Source: an uncultured Gemmatimonadaceae bacterium
GTDB taxonomy: Bacteria; Gemmatimonadota; Gemmatimonadetes; Gemmatimonadales; Gemmatimonadaceae
Length of the DNA: 64,000 nt
Direction of reading: 5' to 3'
Assembly (NCBI GenBank): GCA_963761305.1
Contig: CAVXGK010000002.1
Span: 672,001-736,000, forward strand
Made by a program: the position numbers and the translations under genes. Numbering within the stretch: position 1 is the first letter of the stretch; the number at the start of each line of letters is the position of its first letter. Positions 49,263-58,874 of the stretch are shown piece after piece. The notes beneath the pieces are model-generated. The model was given only the letters and a program-made list of their open reading frames with translations. It searched no databases and had not been told where the DNA came from.

Positions 49263-50081
49263 TCAGCGGTTGCCTTTTCGCTCGGCAATGCCCGGGAGAG
49301 TGGCGCCCGCGGTCGCCGGCTCAGGTCCGTCGAGCAGCTGAACGGAGCCGAGGTCGGCGACGACCAGATTGGCACCATGCGCGCGAAGAGCCGCGCCGTG
49401 TTCGCCGTCACCAATCCCGACCACAAGCCGAAATCGGCCGGCGCGCCCGGCTTCTACTCCGGCGATGGCATCCTCGAAGATCGCCGCCTGGTCGGGCGGC
49501 ACGTTCAGGCGACGCGCCGCTTCGACATACGTGTCGCCGGCCGGTTTGCCTCTGAGATGGAGCTCGCCGAGATCGACGCCGTCGACCCGGGCATCGAACA
49601 GCGCGGTGAGGCCGGCCTTGGCAACCACCGCCGCGCAATTCCGCGACGAGGAGACGATCGCCGTGTGGATGCCGCGCGAGCGCGCGTCGCGGATGAAGCG
49701 CACCGTGCCATCGAAGACGTCGACGCCATGGTGCTCGAGCGCATCCATGAAATACACGTCTTTGCGATTCGCGAGGCCGTTGACCGTTTCCGCATTCGGG
49801 CCGTCGTCGGGGCTGCCCATCGGAAGCGCGATGCCGCGTGCCTGCAAGAAGCTCTCGGCGCCGTCCTGCCGCGGCTTGCCATCGACGTACCGCTGGTAAT
49901 CGTCGACCGCGTCGAACGGCTTGAACGGCTGCCCGGTTTGCTTGGCGCGTCGCGAAAGGTAGTCGTCGAAGAGCTGCTTCCAGGCCGCCGCGTGAACCTT
50001 GGCAGTCTTGGTCACCACGCCATCGAGATCGAATAAGAAGGCTCGAAACTGGCTCAGATCGATGCGTTCGGCGGTCGTCAT
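49263..50081 (-). CDS. Beta-phosphoglucomutase family HAD hydrolase
   Basis: FDLDGV, HAAAWK, SSSRN, GKP, FEDAIAGV; ATGA overlap with GH65. Confidence 0.93.
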   Translation of the reverse strand: MTTAERIDLSQFRAFLFDLDGVVTKTAKVHAAAWKQLFDDYLSRRAKQTGQPFKPFDAVDDYQRYVDGKPRQDGAESFLQARGIALPMGSPDDGPNAETVNGLANRKDVYFMDALEHHGVDVFDGTVRFIRDARSRGIHTAIVSSSRNCAAVVAKAGLTALFDARVDGVDLGELHLRGKPAGDTYVEAARRLNVPPDQAAIFEDAIAGVEAGRAGRFRLVVGIGDGEHGAALRAHGANLVVADLGSVQLLDGPEPATAGATLPGIAERKGNR

Positions 50082-52363
50082 CCGCCGTCCTCGTGCCAGT
50101 CGCTCCAGGCAGCCTGCTCGCGATGCACCTGGTAACGTGAACCCGAGCGCGCGCGGCACGTCGGCCCGTCCACGATCGAGAGCGTGAGCTCGCCGCCATC
50201 GAGGACGTCGACCTCGACGTCGAGTGGATCGGCGGTGATTCGGACGGCGAGCGTGCGGCCGTGCCAACGCGCCGGGAAGTGCATCTCCGACCAGCCGGGT
50301 GGAAGTCGCGGATCGAGCGCGATTCCGTCGTCCCGTATCTGCGCCCCGGCCATGCCGAAGACTGCTGCCTGCCACAGCCCTCCAAGGCCGCCCATGTGCA
50401 CGCCGCCGGCGGCACCGGGCTCGGTCTCGCCGAGATCGATGTCGGCGCCCCGGCGAAATAGTTCGAGCGACTCCGCGCCACGGCCAAGTCGCGCCGCCAC
50501 CATCGCGGACAGCGAAGGGCTGAGTGAGCTCCCGTGCGCCGTGCGCGGCTCGTAATACTGAAAGTTTGCTTCGTGAATCGATCTGGGGAACTCGTTCCAC
50601 AGCAACGCGGAGAGAGCCACGACGTCGGGCTGCTTGACCGCTTGCACGCGTTGGATCCGGTCGTGGCCGAGGCAGACGTCGATCAGCTGCCCGCATTGCA
50701 CGTAGGAGCCGACGTCGATGTCCTCGAGCTTGAAGAAGCCGTCGAACTGCTCGAACAGACTGGAATCGGGACGGAAGCCCGTGACCAACGCTTCGGCAGT
50801 TCGGCGCCACTCTTCCGGTTCTGTGTCGGCAATCGAGAGACGGCCGCACAGCGACAACCAATCCGCGTTGCGGGTGCGTTCCAGCGTGGCGAGGATCTCC
50901 ACCGCGCGCAGCAAATTCCAGCGCGCCATTCCGTTCGTGTACGCGTTGTCGTCGACCGGCTCGTGGTATTCGTCGGGGCCGATGACGCGTCGGATGTGCG
51001 CCGCCCCGTCCGCTTCGATTTGCGCGCGGCTCGCCCAGAACCGTGCCGTCTCGACGAGGATCTCGGCGCCGGCCGTGGCCATGAACTCGTCGTCCCCGGT
51101 GCCTCGCCAGTACTGCCAGACGGCGTACGCGACGTCCGCGCTGATGTGGTGCTCGAACTCGCCGGTCAGGATTTGGATGACTTGTTTGTTTGGGCCGCGT
51201 ACGGTGCGCGGGGTCGTCTCGTCGCCCGTGTCGGCGGACTCCCACGCGTAGAGCGCGCCTTTGAAGCCGTGCGACTTGGCCTTTCGGCGCGCGGCGTCGA
51301 GCGTGTTGTAGCGATACATCAGGAGCGCGCGGGCCGACGGTGGATCCACGAAGATGTAGAACGGCAACATGTAGATCTCCGTGTCCCAGAACACATGCCC
51401 GCGGTATTCCGGTCCGGTGAGGCCTCGCGCTGCAATCGACACGTGCTCGTCGTCGGGATTCGCGGCTGACAGCAGGTGATAGATCGCAAACCGGAGCGCT
51501 CGTTGAGCACGTTCGTCGCCCACGATCCGGATGTCCGCGGCCTTCCATCTGGCGCGCCACGCGTCGACGTGGGCTTCAATCTGCGAATCGGCTCCATCGC
51601 GTTGCATCGAGTCGAGCGCACGCGATGCCGAATCCGAGCGTTCCTCACGGTCGCGGGCGGCATGGACCGATACCAGGCGATCGAAGCGAATGGATTTGCC
51701 TGCCGCCACCTGCCACGACAAATGTGTCTCGAGGCGATCCTCGGAGCGGTCCGTGCGAGACGGAGGCGGATACGACTGCACTGCCGTAGAGAACGTGACG
51801 CCATCGACGCTCTTGGCCCGCCGAGCGACAACGCCGAGTGTTCCTGGTCGGTTCTCCGCGGTGATGGTCAGCGATTGAACGAGCATATGGCGATCGGCCA
51901 GCGACGCGAACTGGAGAAGAATCACCCGAGTGACGCCGCGGCTCGCGTCCTCCTGCCTCCACTCGCGCCACAACAGGCCGCGTTCCAGATCGAGCACGCG
52001 GCGATGTTCGAGCAGTCGTCCCGCATCGAACGACAATTGTCGGTCGTCGACGACTACTTCGAGGTGCGACCAATCGGGCAAGCGAAAGATCGTCGGCCCG
52101 CCGCCCGACTCGGGATCGGGCGCGAACACGCCGGCGACGAACGTCGCGGGCCTCGACAAAGGGCCGCCCTCGGCAAGCGACGCGCGCGAGCCAAGGTATC
52201 CGTTGACGATGGCGAAGATGGATTCGATCGCGGGCTCGCGTGGACCCGGCGCGCCCTCTTCCACCAGACTCCAGGCTGGATCTGACCGCCGGAGTAGATC
52301 CGCCAGCATCGTCACGAGTCGCTCACGAGGGTTCTCCGGCCCGCAGCAGAGAACGCTCGACAT
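50078..52363 (-). CDS. Glycoside hydrolase family 65 (trehalose/kojibiose/maltose phosphorylase-like)
   Basis: NGYLGSR, ARGLTGPEYRGHVFWDTE, GPDEYH, DDNAYTN, KQPDV, HGSSLS. Confidence 0.95.
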   Translation of the reverse strand: MSSVLCCGPENPRERLVTMLADLLRRSDPAWSLVEEGAPGPREPAIESIFAIVNGYLGSRASLAEGGPLSRPATFVAGVFAPDPESGGGPTIFRLPDWSHLEVVVDDRQLSFDAGRLLEHRRVLDLERGLLWREWRQEDASRGVTRVILLQFASLADRHMLVQSLTITAENRPGTLGVVARRAKSVDGVTFSTAVQSYPPPSRTDRSEDRLETHLSWQVAAGKSIRFDRLVSVHAARDREERSDSASRALDSMQRDGADSQIEAHVDAWRARWKAADIRIVGDERAQRALRFAIYHLLSAANPDDEHVSIAARGLTGPEYRGHVFWDTEIYMLPFYIFVDPPSARALLMYRYNTLDAARRKAKSHGFKGALYAWESADTGDETTPRTVRGPNKQVIQILTGEFEHHISADVAYAVWQYWRGTGDDEFMATAGAEILVETARFWASRAQIEADGAAHIRRVIGPDEYHEPVDDNAYTNGMARWNLLRAVEILATLERTRNADWLSLCGRLSIADTEPEEWRRTAEALVTGFRPDSSLFEQFDGFFKLEDIDVGSYVQCGQLIDVCLGHDRIQRVQAVKQPDVVALSALLWNEFPRSIHEANFQYYEPRTAHGSSLSPSLSAMVAARLGRGAESLELFRRGADIDLGETEPGAAGGVHMGGLGGLWQAAVFGMAGAQIRDDGIALDPRLPPGWSEMHFPARWHGRTLAVRITADPLDVEVDVLDGGELTLSIVDGPTCRARSGSRYQVHREQAAWSDWHEDGG

Positions 52364-52430
52364 GCAACCACCATACCGGCACGGTTCGGCACGCCCTACC
52401 GGAGTCGAGAAGAAAATCACATCGGGCTGC

Positions 52431-53438
52431 TCAGAAGCGCTTCGTCTCTCCGATCGCGAATGTGAAGTTGGCGGCGTCGGGAAATTCGGCCTCCTTCCAT
52501 CGCTGAGCGAACCGAGCCGGCGGCTCCTGGAGCGCCTCGTCGGTGAGACGAAAGGTTCCCCAGTGGATCGCCAGACATGGCGGGCGGCTCGGGCCGTGGG
52601 CTGTGAGAGCGCGGTAGGCGGCGACGGCGTCCTCGGGGCTCATGTGCACGCTCTCCATGAACCAGCGTGGTTCGTACGCGCCGATGGGGAGCATCACCAA
52701 ATCGAACGGGCCCGACCGCTGAGCGATCGCGGCGAACTCCATATGGAAGGCCGTGTCGCCGGCGAAAAAGACGCGAATGCCGTCGGCGGCGATCGTCCAG
52801 CCGCTCCACAGCGTGTCGCCGCGATCGCGAATGCTTCGGCCGCTGAAATGCCGAGCCGGCGTGCACGTGGCAGTGTAGCCCTCGCCGTCGGCCGTCTGCC
52901 ACCAGTCACGCTCGTCGACACGTTGCACCCCGAGCGACCGGAGCAGCTCGCCGACGCCGAGCGGACAGAGCCAGTTCGCGGCGGGGAACTGCTTGGCGAT
53001 GCGCCGCACGGTCGGCGCATCGAGGTGGTCGTAGTGGTTGTGCGAGAGAAGCACGACGTCGATCGGCGGCAACGCATCGAAGTCGACACCGGGCGATGTC
53101 AGACGGCGCGGGCCGATCCACGGAAACGGCGAGGCGCGCTGTCCCCACACGGGGTCGGTCAGCACGTTCAGTGTTCCGAGTTGGAGCAGCACCGTCGCAT
53201 GGCCAACCCACGTGACAGAGTGGTACCCGGGCTTTGCGCGCGGCACGAGGATGGACGGCGTCCGGCGCGGCCACCATCCGCGTGGTGGATTCGGCGCGAG
53301 TTTCGTCCGGAAGCGGTCGATAAACCGCCAGCGCAAGGCGTCTTTGAATCCGCGCGGCGCCTCCCCGGGCCACGGGTTCTGATAGCCGCCGTTCGGGCGG
53401 TGATGAGCACTCGAGGTCGAGTCCGGTTGCGCGGTCAT
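52431..53438 (-). CDS. MBL-fold metallo-hydrolase (NAPE-PLD-like)
   Basis: TWVGHAT, TDPVW, SHNHYDHLD, FAGDT, PIGAYEP, IHWGTF. Confidence 0.93.
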   Translation of the reverse strand: MTAQPDSTSSAHHRPNGGYQNPWPGEAPRGFKDALRWRFIDRFRTKLAPNPPRGWWPRRTPSILVPRAKPGYHSVTWVGHATVLLQLGTLNVLTDPVWGQRASPFPWIGPRRLTSPGVDFDALPPIDVVLLSHNHYDHLDAPTVRRIAKQFPAANWLCPLGVGELLRSLGVQRVDERDWWQTADGEGYTATCTPARHFSGRSIRDRGDTLWSGWTIAADGIRVFFAGDTAFHMEFAAIAQRSGPFDLVMLPIGAYEPRWFMESVHMSPEDAVAAYRALTAHGPSRPPCLAIHWGTFRLTDEALQEPPARFAQRWKEAEFPDAANFTFAIGETKRF

Positions 53439-53466
53439 TCGCGAAACATGACGCGAGACTCCGCGT

Positions 53467-54378
53467 CTAGTCAGGCCCTTGGTCGCGCCGCGCCTGCGCC
53501 GAGCGAAACTCGGTCGGCGTTTGGCCAGTCTCGCGCCGAAAGAATCGGCTGAAATAGCTTGGATCCTCGAAGCCGAGCGACGTTCCGATGCGGCTCGCGG
53601 ACTCGCCGCTGTAGAGAAGCATGCGGCGCGCGCGCGACGCGAGCTCATTGTGCAGCACGCGTTTGGCGGGCTGCCCGGCGAACCGCGAACAGAGCACGCT
53701 CAAGTGCCCAGGCGTCACCGCCAGCTCCACGGCGTAGTCGGCGATGCGGTGCCGATGCGCGGCATCGCGGTCTACGAGCTCGAGGAACCTCGATACGACC
53801 GCGTGCGTCGGACGCTGAGGAGCCACGCGATGCGCCGCGGCGTATTGTCGCGCGAGGACGATGAGCGTTTCGTGAAGCCGAGCCCGCAGGAGATCCACAC
53901 TGTCGCGGCGGAAGTGCGCCAACTCGCGCCGCATCGTCGTGAGCCGGGCCCGCACACGGCCGGCAGCCGCCGCCGACAAGGCGAGCGCGGCGCGAGCGGG
54001 GTCGGCCTGAAAGTAGGGGAGGCGCCGGAGAAACGCATCGTCGCGCAGAAACTCCCTGGTGAACAGGTCCTCGAAGAAGAGGCAGACGCCGTCGAGATTC
54101 GTCGTTTCCCATCGCCGGACCTGACCCGGCCTCGTGAAGACCAGTATCCCGGGGCGGACCGCGTGCCGGTACGTGTCGAGCGAAAACCATCCGGAGCCGC
54201 GCGTCACCAGAGTGATGTCGAAGAACCCGAGAGCGTGCGGCTCGCCGACGATGAAGCCGCGCAGGTCGTGCACCCACCCGACGTCGATGAGCAGATGCCG
54301 GCCGTACTTCCGACGGTCGAAGGCGACTCTCGGGACAGCCGCTGAGCGAGAAGGCCGCGATGTACGGGTTTTCGGCAT
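53467..54378 (-). CDS. AraC family transcriptional regulator
   Basis: Cupin N-terminus (PGQV), C-terminal LGFEDPSYFSRFFRRETGQTPTEFR. Confidence 0.95.
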   Translation of the reverse strand: MPKTRTSRPSRSAAVPRVAFDRRKYGRHLLIDVGWVHDLRGFIVGEPHALGFFDITLVTRGSGWFSLDTYRHAVRPGILVFTRPGQVRRWETTNLDGVCLFFEDLFTREFLRDDAFLRRLPYFQADPARAALALSAAAAGRVRARLTTMRRELAHFRRDSVDLLRARLHETLIVLARQYAAAHRVAPQRPTHAVVSRFLELVDRDAAHRHRIADYAVELAVTPGHLSVLCSRFAGQPAKRVLHNELASRARRMLLYSGESASRIGTSLGFEDPSYFSRFFRRETGQTPTEFRSAQARRDQGPD

Positions 54379-54494
54379 TCGTGGAAAAGTACCAGGCTCC
54401 GGCGGATTCATCCATCCACCAACGGCCCGACGATCCGTAGAATGTCGAAGCGGCGCCTCACGCATCGATTCACTCACGTTCTTACAACGCGTTC

Positions 54495-55061
54495 ATGAAT
54501 ACCTCATTCAGTTGGCTCGCGATCCTCACCGTCGGGGCGAGCCTCGCGTTCGCGCCGGCCCATGACGACGTCGCGCACCTCCGATCGGCGGCCGCGCCAC
54601 CATGCGCCGCGGATTCGAACTATCAACGTCTCGCGTTCTGGGTCGGTGACTGGGACGTTGTCGATTCCACCGGTGCGCACTATGCGACACAACGCGTGCG
54701 CGCCGTGATAGACGACTGCGCGATCACGGCCGAGTGGACCGGCCGCGTCGGCGACAAGGGATTCAACCTGTCGGCGTTCGACGGGCGAACTGGGGAGTGG
54801 CGGCAGGTGTACGTCTCGAATCAGGTGCCCGCGCCGCTGGGCGTCACGATTCGGCGTTCCGATACGACCTACGTCGGGCCCGGCGTTCGTTTCATCGCCT
54901 TGCTCGACCCGCCGGCAGAAAGTCTCTCGCGGAGCCGCGTGACGATCATGCCGCTGAGCGGACATCGTGCCATGCAACTGTTCGAAGACTCCAAGGATGG
55001 CGGCGCAACCTGGCGCGTGATCTTCAAGGCGGAACACCGCCCTCGGGCCAGCGCGCCGTGA
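54495..55061 (+). CDS. Secreted hypothetical protein (beta-barrel, DUF1579-like)
   Basis: Signal peptide; FWVGDWDV, EDSKDGGATW; divergent from AraC. Confidence 0.8.
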   Translation: MNTSFSWLAILTVGASLAFAPAHDDVAHLRSAAAPPCAADSNYQRLAFWVGDWDVVDSTGAHYATQRVRAVIDDCAITAEWTGRVGDKGFNLSAFDGRTGEWRQVYVSNQVPAPLGVTIRRSDTTYVGPGVRFIALLDPPAESLSRSRVTIMPLSGHRAMQLFEDSKDGGATWRVIFKAEHRPRASAP

Positions 55062-55269
55062 CTGCACCATCCTCGTTCCGGGCTCCCGGGCAAGAATCGT
55101 TGTAGGTCGCCGGCACACGTCGCGGCCGAACACTTGAGGCTGTCGAGTTGGGAGGATGCGAAGCGAGTGCAGCAGGCGCCGCAGCCCTAGGCGCTTGGGC
55201 GATGCCGCTCATTGATTCCCAACGCGGGGATCGATATTCTCGCCAGGCCCAACCTGCACCGGGGATCGT

Positions 55270-56994
55270 ATGAGCGATGCCGCGAGCGCGACGCCGAGGG
55301 TGGATCTGGGTTCGAGGGTCAGCACCGAAGCGACCGCCACCACACTTGTGGGCAAGACGGCGCACGCGGTCGTTTGGATCGCACTCTTCGCCGTCGCCTA
55401 CGTCCTGACCGCGCGGCTCGGCCGCGGATTCCGCTTTCAAGATTCTCAAATCGGCGTCGTCTGGCCGCCGAACGCGCTTCTGTTGGCGGCGCTCCTCCTC
55501 ACGCCGCGCAAATCGTGGTGGCTCGTGTTCGCCGCCTCCGCATTGGCGCACGCGGTGGCGATGGGAACATCCATTCCCGCCTGGCGCGTCGCGTGGCAGA
55601 TCGGGGCGAACGCGGCGTTCACGGCCGCCACGGCCGAAGCCGTGCGCCGGTTCATCGGGTTGCCTCTGCGGTTCGAGAAGCCGCGCGATGTGCTGGTGTT
55701 CACCACGCTCTCTTTCGGCGTGTCGTTGCTGTTCGCCCTCACCGCGTCGGCGTTCGTCCTCACGTTCGCCGGCGTGGAAACGGCGTTCACCCCGACGATC
55801 GCGCTGATGCGCGTCATGCTCTCCAACACGACCGCTCTGCTCATCGTCACGCCGGCGGTGGTGTTGGGCGCGCGTCTTGGGCCCGACTGGCTGAGCGCAA
55901 TCTCGGCTCGGCGCGCGCTGGAGACCGCGGTGATCATTGGAACGGTGCTCGGCGTCGGGCTCGTCGCCTTCGACGCCGGTCCTGGCCTGGCGCGGCTTCC
56001 GTGGGTGCTCTTGTTGACGTTTCCGCCGCTGATGTGGGCCGCGGTGCGCCTGGGCCCCGCCGGCGCGAGCGCCTCGCTGCTTTGCATCGCCGCGCTGTCG
56101 ATGTGGGGGACGGCGCGGCAACTCGGCCCGTTCGTCGTGACCGAGAACGCCGACATGGTGCTGTCGCTCCAACTCTACTGGATCGTGATCGGCCCGCCGG
56201 TGATGTTGCTCGCCGCGGCCATCCGTGAGCGCGAGCGCACGGAAGCGACGCTCCACGACCAGCGCAACCAGCTCGCGCGGGTCACGCGCATCGCGACGGC
56301 CGGCGAACTCTCCGGTGCGCTTGCGCACGAGCTGCGGCAGCCGATCACGTCGATTCTGGCGAACGCGCAGGCCGCTCTGTTGCTGCTCCGGCGCGGCGGC
56401 GCCGACGTCGACCAGCTGCGTCCGATTCTCGAGGACATCGTGCGTCAGGACCAGCAGGCGTCGAACGTCATCGCCCGTTTGCGCTCGCTGCTTCAGGGCG
56501 AGACGCCGCACCTCGAGCCTATCGCGGTCGAATCCGTCGTTCGCGATGCGCTGGCCCTCACGCGTTCCTCCGCGGCGACGGCCGGCGCGGCGGTGCACGC
56601 GCAGATCTTTGGCCCGCTACCGAGGGTGCAGGGCGACCAGGTGCAATTGCTTCAGGTCGTCGTGAACCTCGTCGTGAACGCGTGCGAGGCGATGATCGAG
56701 ACCGCTCCGTCGGAGCGCGTGGTGCAGTTGCGCGTCGAGAAGGTTGCGGCGGATCGCGTCGACGTCGCGGTGATCGACCGCGGAGTCGGGCTCCCGCGAG
56801 ACGACGAGGATCGCGTGTTCGAGCCGTTCTTCACGACAAAGGATGCGGGGCTCGGGCTCGGACTGGCGATCGGCCGATCGATCGCGACGGCCCACGGGGG
56901 TCGATTGTGGGCGCGGAACAACGACGGGCACTCCGGCGCGACGTTTCATCTCGAGCTGCCGACCCAGCTCGCTCGCGCCGGCCGGGGCGTGTGA
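55270..56994 (+). CDS. MASE1-domain sensor histidine kinase
   Basis: VWPPNALLLA (MASE1), LAHELRQP, NLVVNA, DRGVG, FFTTK..GLGLGL. Confidence 0.93.
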   Translation: MSDAASATPRVDLGSRVSTEATATTLVGKTAHAVVWIALFAVAYVLTARLGRGFRFQDSQIGVVWPPNALLLAALLLTPRKSWWLVFAASALAHAVAMGTSIPAWRVAWQIGANAAFTAATAEAVRRFIGLPLRFEKPRDVLVFTTLSFGVSLLFALTASAFVLTFAGVETAFTPTIALMRVMLSNTTALLIVTPAVVLGARLGPDWLSAISARRALETAVIIGTVLGVGLVAFDAGPGLARLPWVLLLTFPPLMWAAVRLGPAGASASLLCIAALSMWGTARQLGPFVVTENADMVLSLQLYWIVIGPPVMLLAAAIRERERTEATLHDQRNQLARVTRIATAGELSGALAHELRQPITSILANAQAALLLLRRGGADVDQLRPILEDIVRQDQQASNVIARLRSLLQGETPHLEPIAVESVVRDALALTRSSAATAGAAVHAQIFGPLPRVQGDQVQLLQVVVNLVVNACEAMIETAPSERVVQLRVEKVAADRVDVAVIDRGVGLPRDDEDRVFEPFFTTKDAGLGLGLAIGRSIATAHGGRLWARNNDGHSGATFHLELPTQLARAGRGV

Positions 56995-57122
56995 GGCGTG
57001 GCATTGCCACACGACCGAACGTGTGGACATGTTTGGCGTCGACGCGGCGTCCTCGCCGCCGTCTCGCCCCCGCTTCCCACCACGATGCCAAGCGCTCAAA
57101 CGCGACACGTCGGCAGCGCGAC

Positions 57123-57695
57123 ATGACGTCCCCATCGACGCGGCGCGACGTGCTCGCCGCGTTGCGCGATACGAGCCCGGAGTCGATCGACAGTCTCGTC
57201 GCGCTCACGTATGAGGAGCTCCGCCTGATCGCGCGGCGCCATCTGGCGCGCGGCCGCCGCATCGGCGTGAAGACGGGGACGCTCGGCACGACCGCGCTGG
57301 TCAACGAGGCGTACCTCAAGCTCGTCGATCCGGCGAACGCCAAGCCCCGCGACCGCGCGCACTTTCTCGCGATCGCGGCGGTCGCCATGCGTCACATCCT
57401 CATCGACCGGGCGCGATCGCGCGCGGCGCGAAAGCGAGGCGGCGGCAAAGCAGCGGTCACGCTCGACGCCGACGCGCTCGCCGGCGACGACGATCCGCAG
57501 CTCTTGCTCGACATCAACGACGCGCTGGACCGGCTGGCGCTGGTCGACGCGCGCCTCGCCCAAGTGGTCGAGTGCCGCTTCTTCGGCGGACTGTCGGAGG
57601 AGGAGATCGCCGAGGTGCTGGGCGTGACGGTACGCACCGTACAGCGCGACTGGGCACGGGCGCGAATGCTGCTGCGACGCGAGCTGTCCGCGTGA
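57123..57695 (+). CDS. ECF-type RNA polymerase sigma factor (kinase-associated type)
   Basis: YEELRLIA, TTALVNEAYLKL, AMRHILID.AR...KRGG, VVECRFFGGL..EEIAEVLGV..RTVQRDW. Confidence 0.95.
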   Translation: MTSPSTRRDVLAALRDTSPESIDSLVALTYEELRLIARRHLARGRRIGVKTGTLGTTALVNEAYLKLVDPANAKPRDRAHFLAIAAVAMRHILIDRARSRAARKRGGGKAAVTLDADALAGDDDPQLLLDINDALDRLALVDARLAQVVECRFFGGLSEEEIAEVLGVTVRTVQRDWARARMLLRRELSA

Positions 57696-57785
57696 ACGTG
57701 GCGTGAGCATCTCGTGAGCATCTCGTGAGCATCTCGTGAGCATCTCGTGAGCATCTCGTGAGCATCTCGTGAGCATCGCGTGAGC
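57691..57785 (+). repeat. 11-bp tandem repeat CGTGAGCATCT (6 perfect + degenerate flanking units)
   Basis: Perfect units 57702-57767, variant 57768-57778, partial units at 57691 and 57779. Confidence 0.97.
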
Positions 57786-58874
57786 GGCGCACTCGACTCC
57801 GGCCCGCTGTCGCCGGAGGTGTGGCGCGTCTTTGGCCCGCTCGTCGACGCCGCGCTCGACACGCCGGCCGACCGTCGCGCCGCGTTCATCGCGGATGCCT
57901 GTCGTGGCGACGCCGCAATGGCCGAGCAATTGCGCCGGTTGGTCGACGAATGCGAGGAGGGCGACCCACTGCTCGACGCGGGCGCCATCGAGCGGTTCGG
58001 TTCTCTCCTCGACGACGACGCCACCTCGCGATTCCCATCGGTTCTCGCGGAGCGCTACCGCGTGGAGCGAGAGATCGGACGCGGCGGGATGGCGGTCGTG
58101 TTTCTCGCGCACGACGCGGTGCACGACCGTTCGGTAGCGGTGAAGGTATTGCGTCCGTCGGCGCGCAAACGTATCGGGACGCTCCGCTTTGCGGCGGAGA
58201 TCCGGACGACAGCCGGCTTACAACATCCGCGCATCGTTCCGCTGTACGATTCGGGCGAGACCGACGAGGCACTGTATTACGTCATGCCGTACTATGAGAG
58301 CGGAACGCTCGCCGCGCGTTTGGAGCGTGAACCCCGGCCGCCGCTGCGCGACGCCCTCGCGATCACCGCGGACATCGCGGCCGCGCTTGAGTATGCGCAC
58401 GGCGCCGGGCTGATCCACCGCGACATCAAGCCATCGAACATTCTGTTCGCCGACGGCCGCGCGCTGCTCGCCGATTTCGGCGTGGCGCGCCAAGCGCAGC
58501 GGACAGGACGTGGTCTGACATCGACGGGTGTCGTGATCGGCACGCCCGCGTACATGAGTCCCGAGCAGGCCACGGGGCAGCGCGCGCTGGATGTGAGAAG
58601 CGACATCTATAGTCTTGGATGCGTGCTCTTCGAAATGCTCACCGGCCGGGCGCCGATCGTGCCGACGAGCGCGACGACGCCGGCGCGCCACGCCCTCGAG
58701 ACGCGACGCCGGCTCGGTGAGGCCCGGCGCGGCCTTCCACCGGCGCTCGAGCGGTGCGTGGTCCGCGCGACGGCGAAGGACCCGGCGGATCGATTCGCGA
58801 GCGCGCGGGAGCTGGCGCGTGCGCTGGCGGAGAGCGGAGAACAGATGGAAAGTGCGCGGCGAGGGCCGACGTGA
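57780..58874 (+). CDS. Hanks-type serine/threonine protein kinase
   Basis: IGRGGMAVV, VAVK, HRDIKPSN, DFG, GTPAYMSPEQ, SDIYSLG. Confidence 0.95.
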   Translation: MSGALDSGPLSPEVWRVFGPLVDAALDTPADRRAAFIADACRGDAAMAEQLRRLVDECEEGDPLLDAGAIERFGSLLDDDATSRFPSVLAERYRVEREIGRGGMAVVFLAHDAVHDRSVAVKVLRPSARKRIGTLRFAAEIRTTAGLQHPRIVPLYDSGETDEALYYVMPYYESGTLAARLEREPRPPLRDALAITADIAAALEYAHGAGLIHRDIKPSNILFADGRALLADFGVARQAQRTGRGLTSTGVVIGTPAYMSPEQATGQRALDVRSDIYSLGCVLFEMLTGRAPIVPTSATTPARHALETRRRLGEARRGLPPALERCVVRATAKDPADRFASARELARALAESGEQMESARRGPT

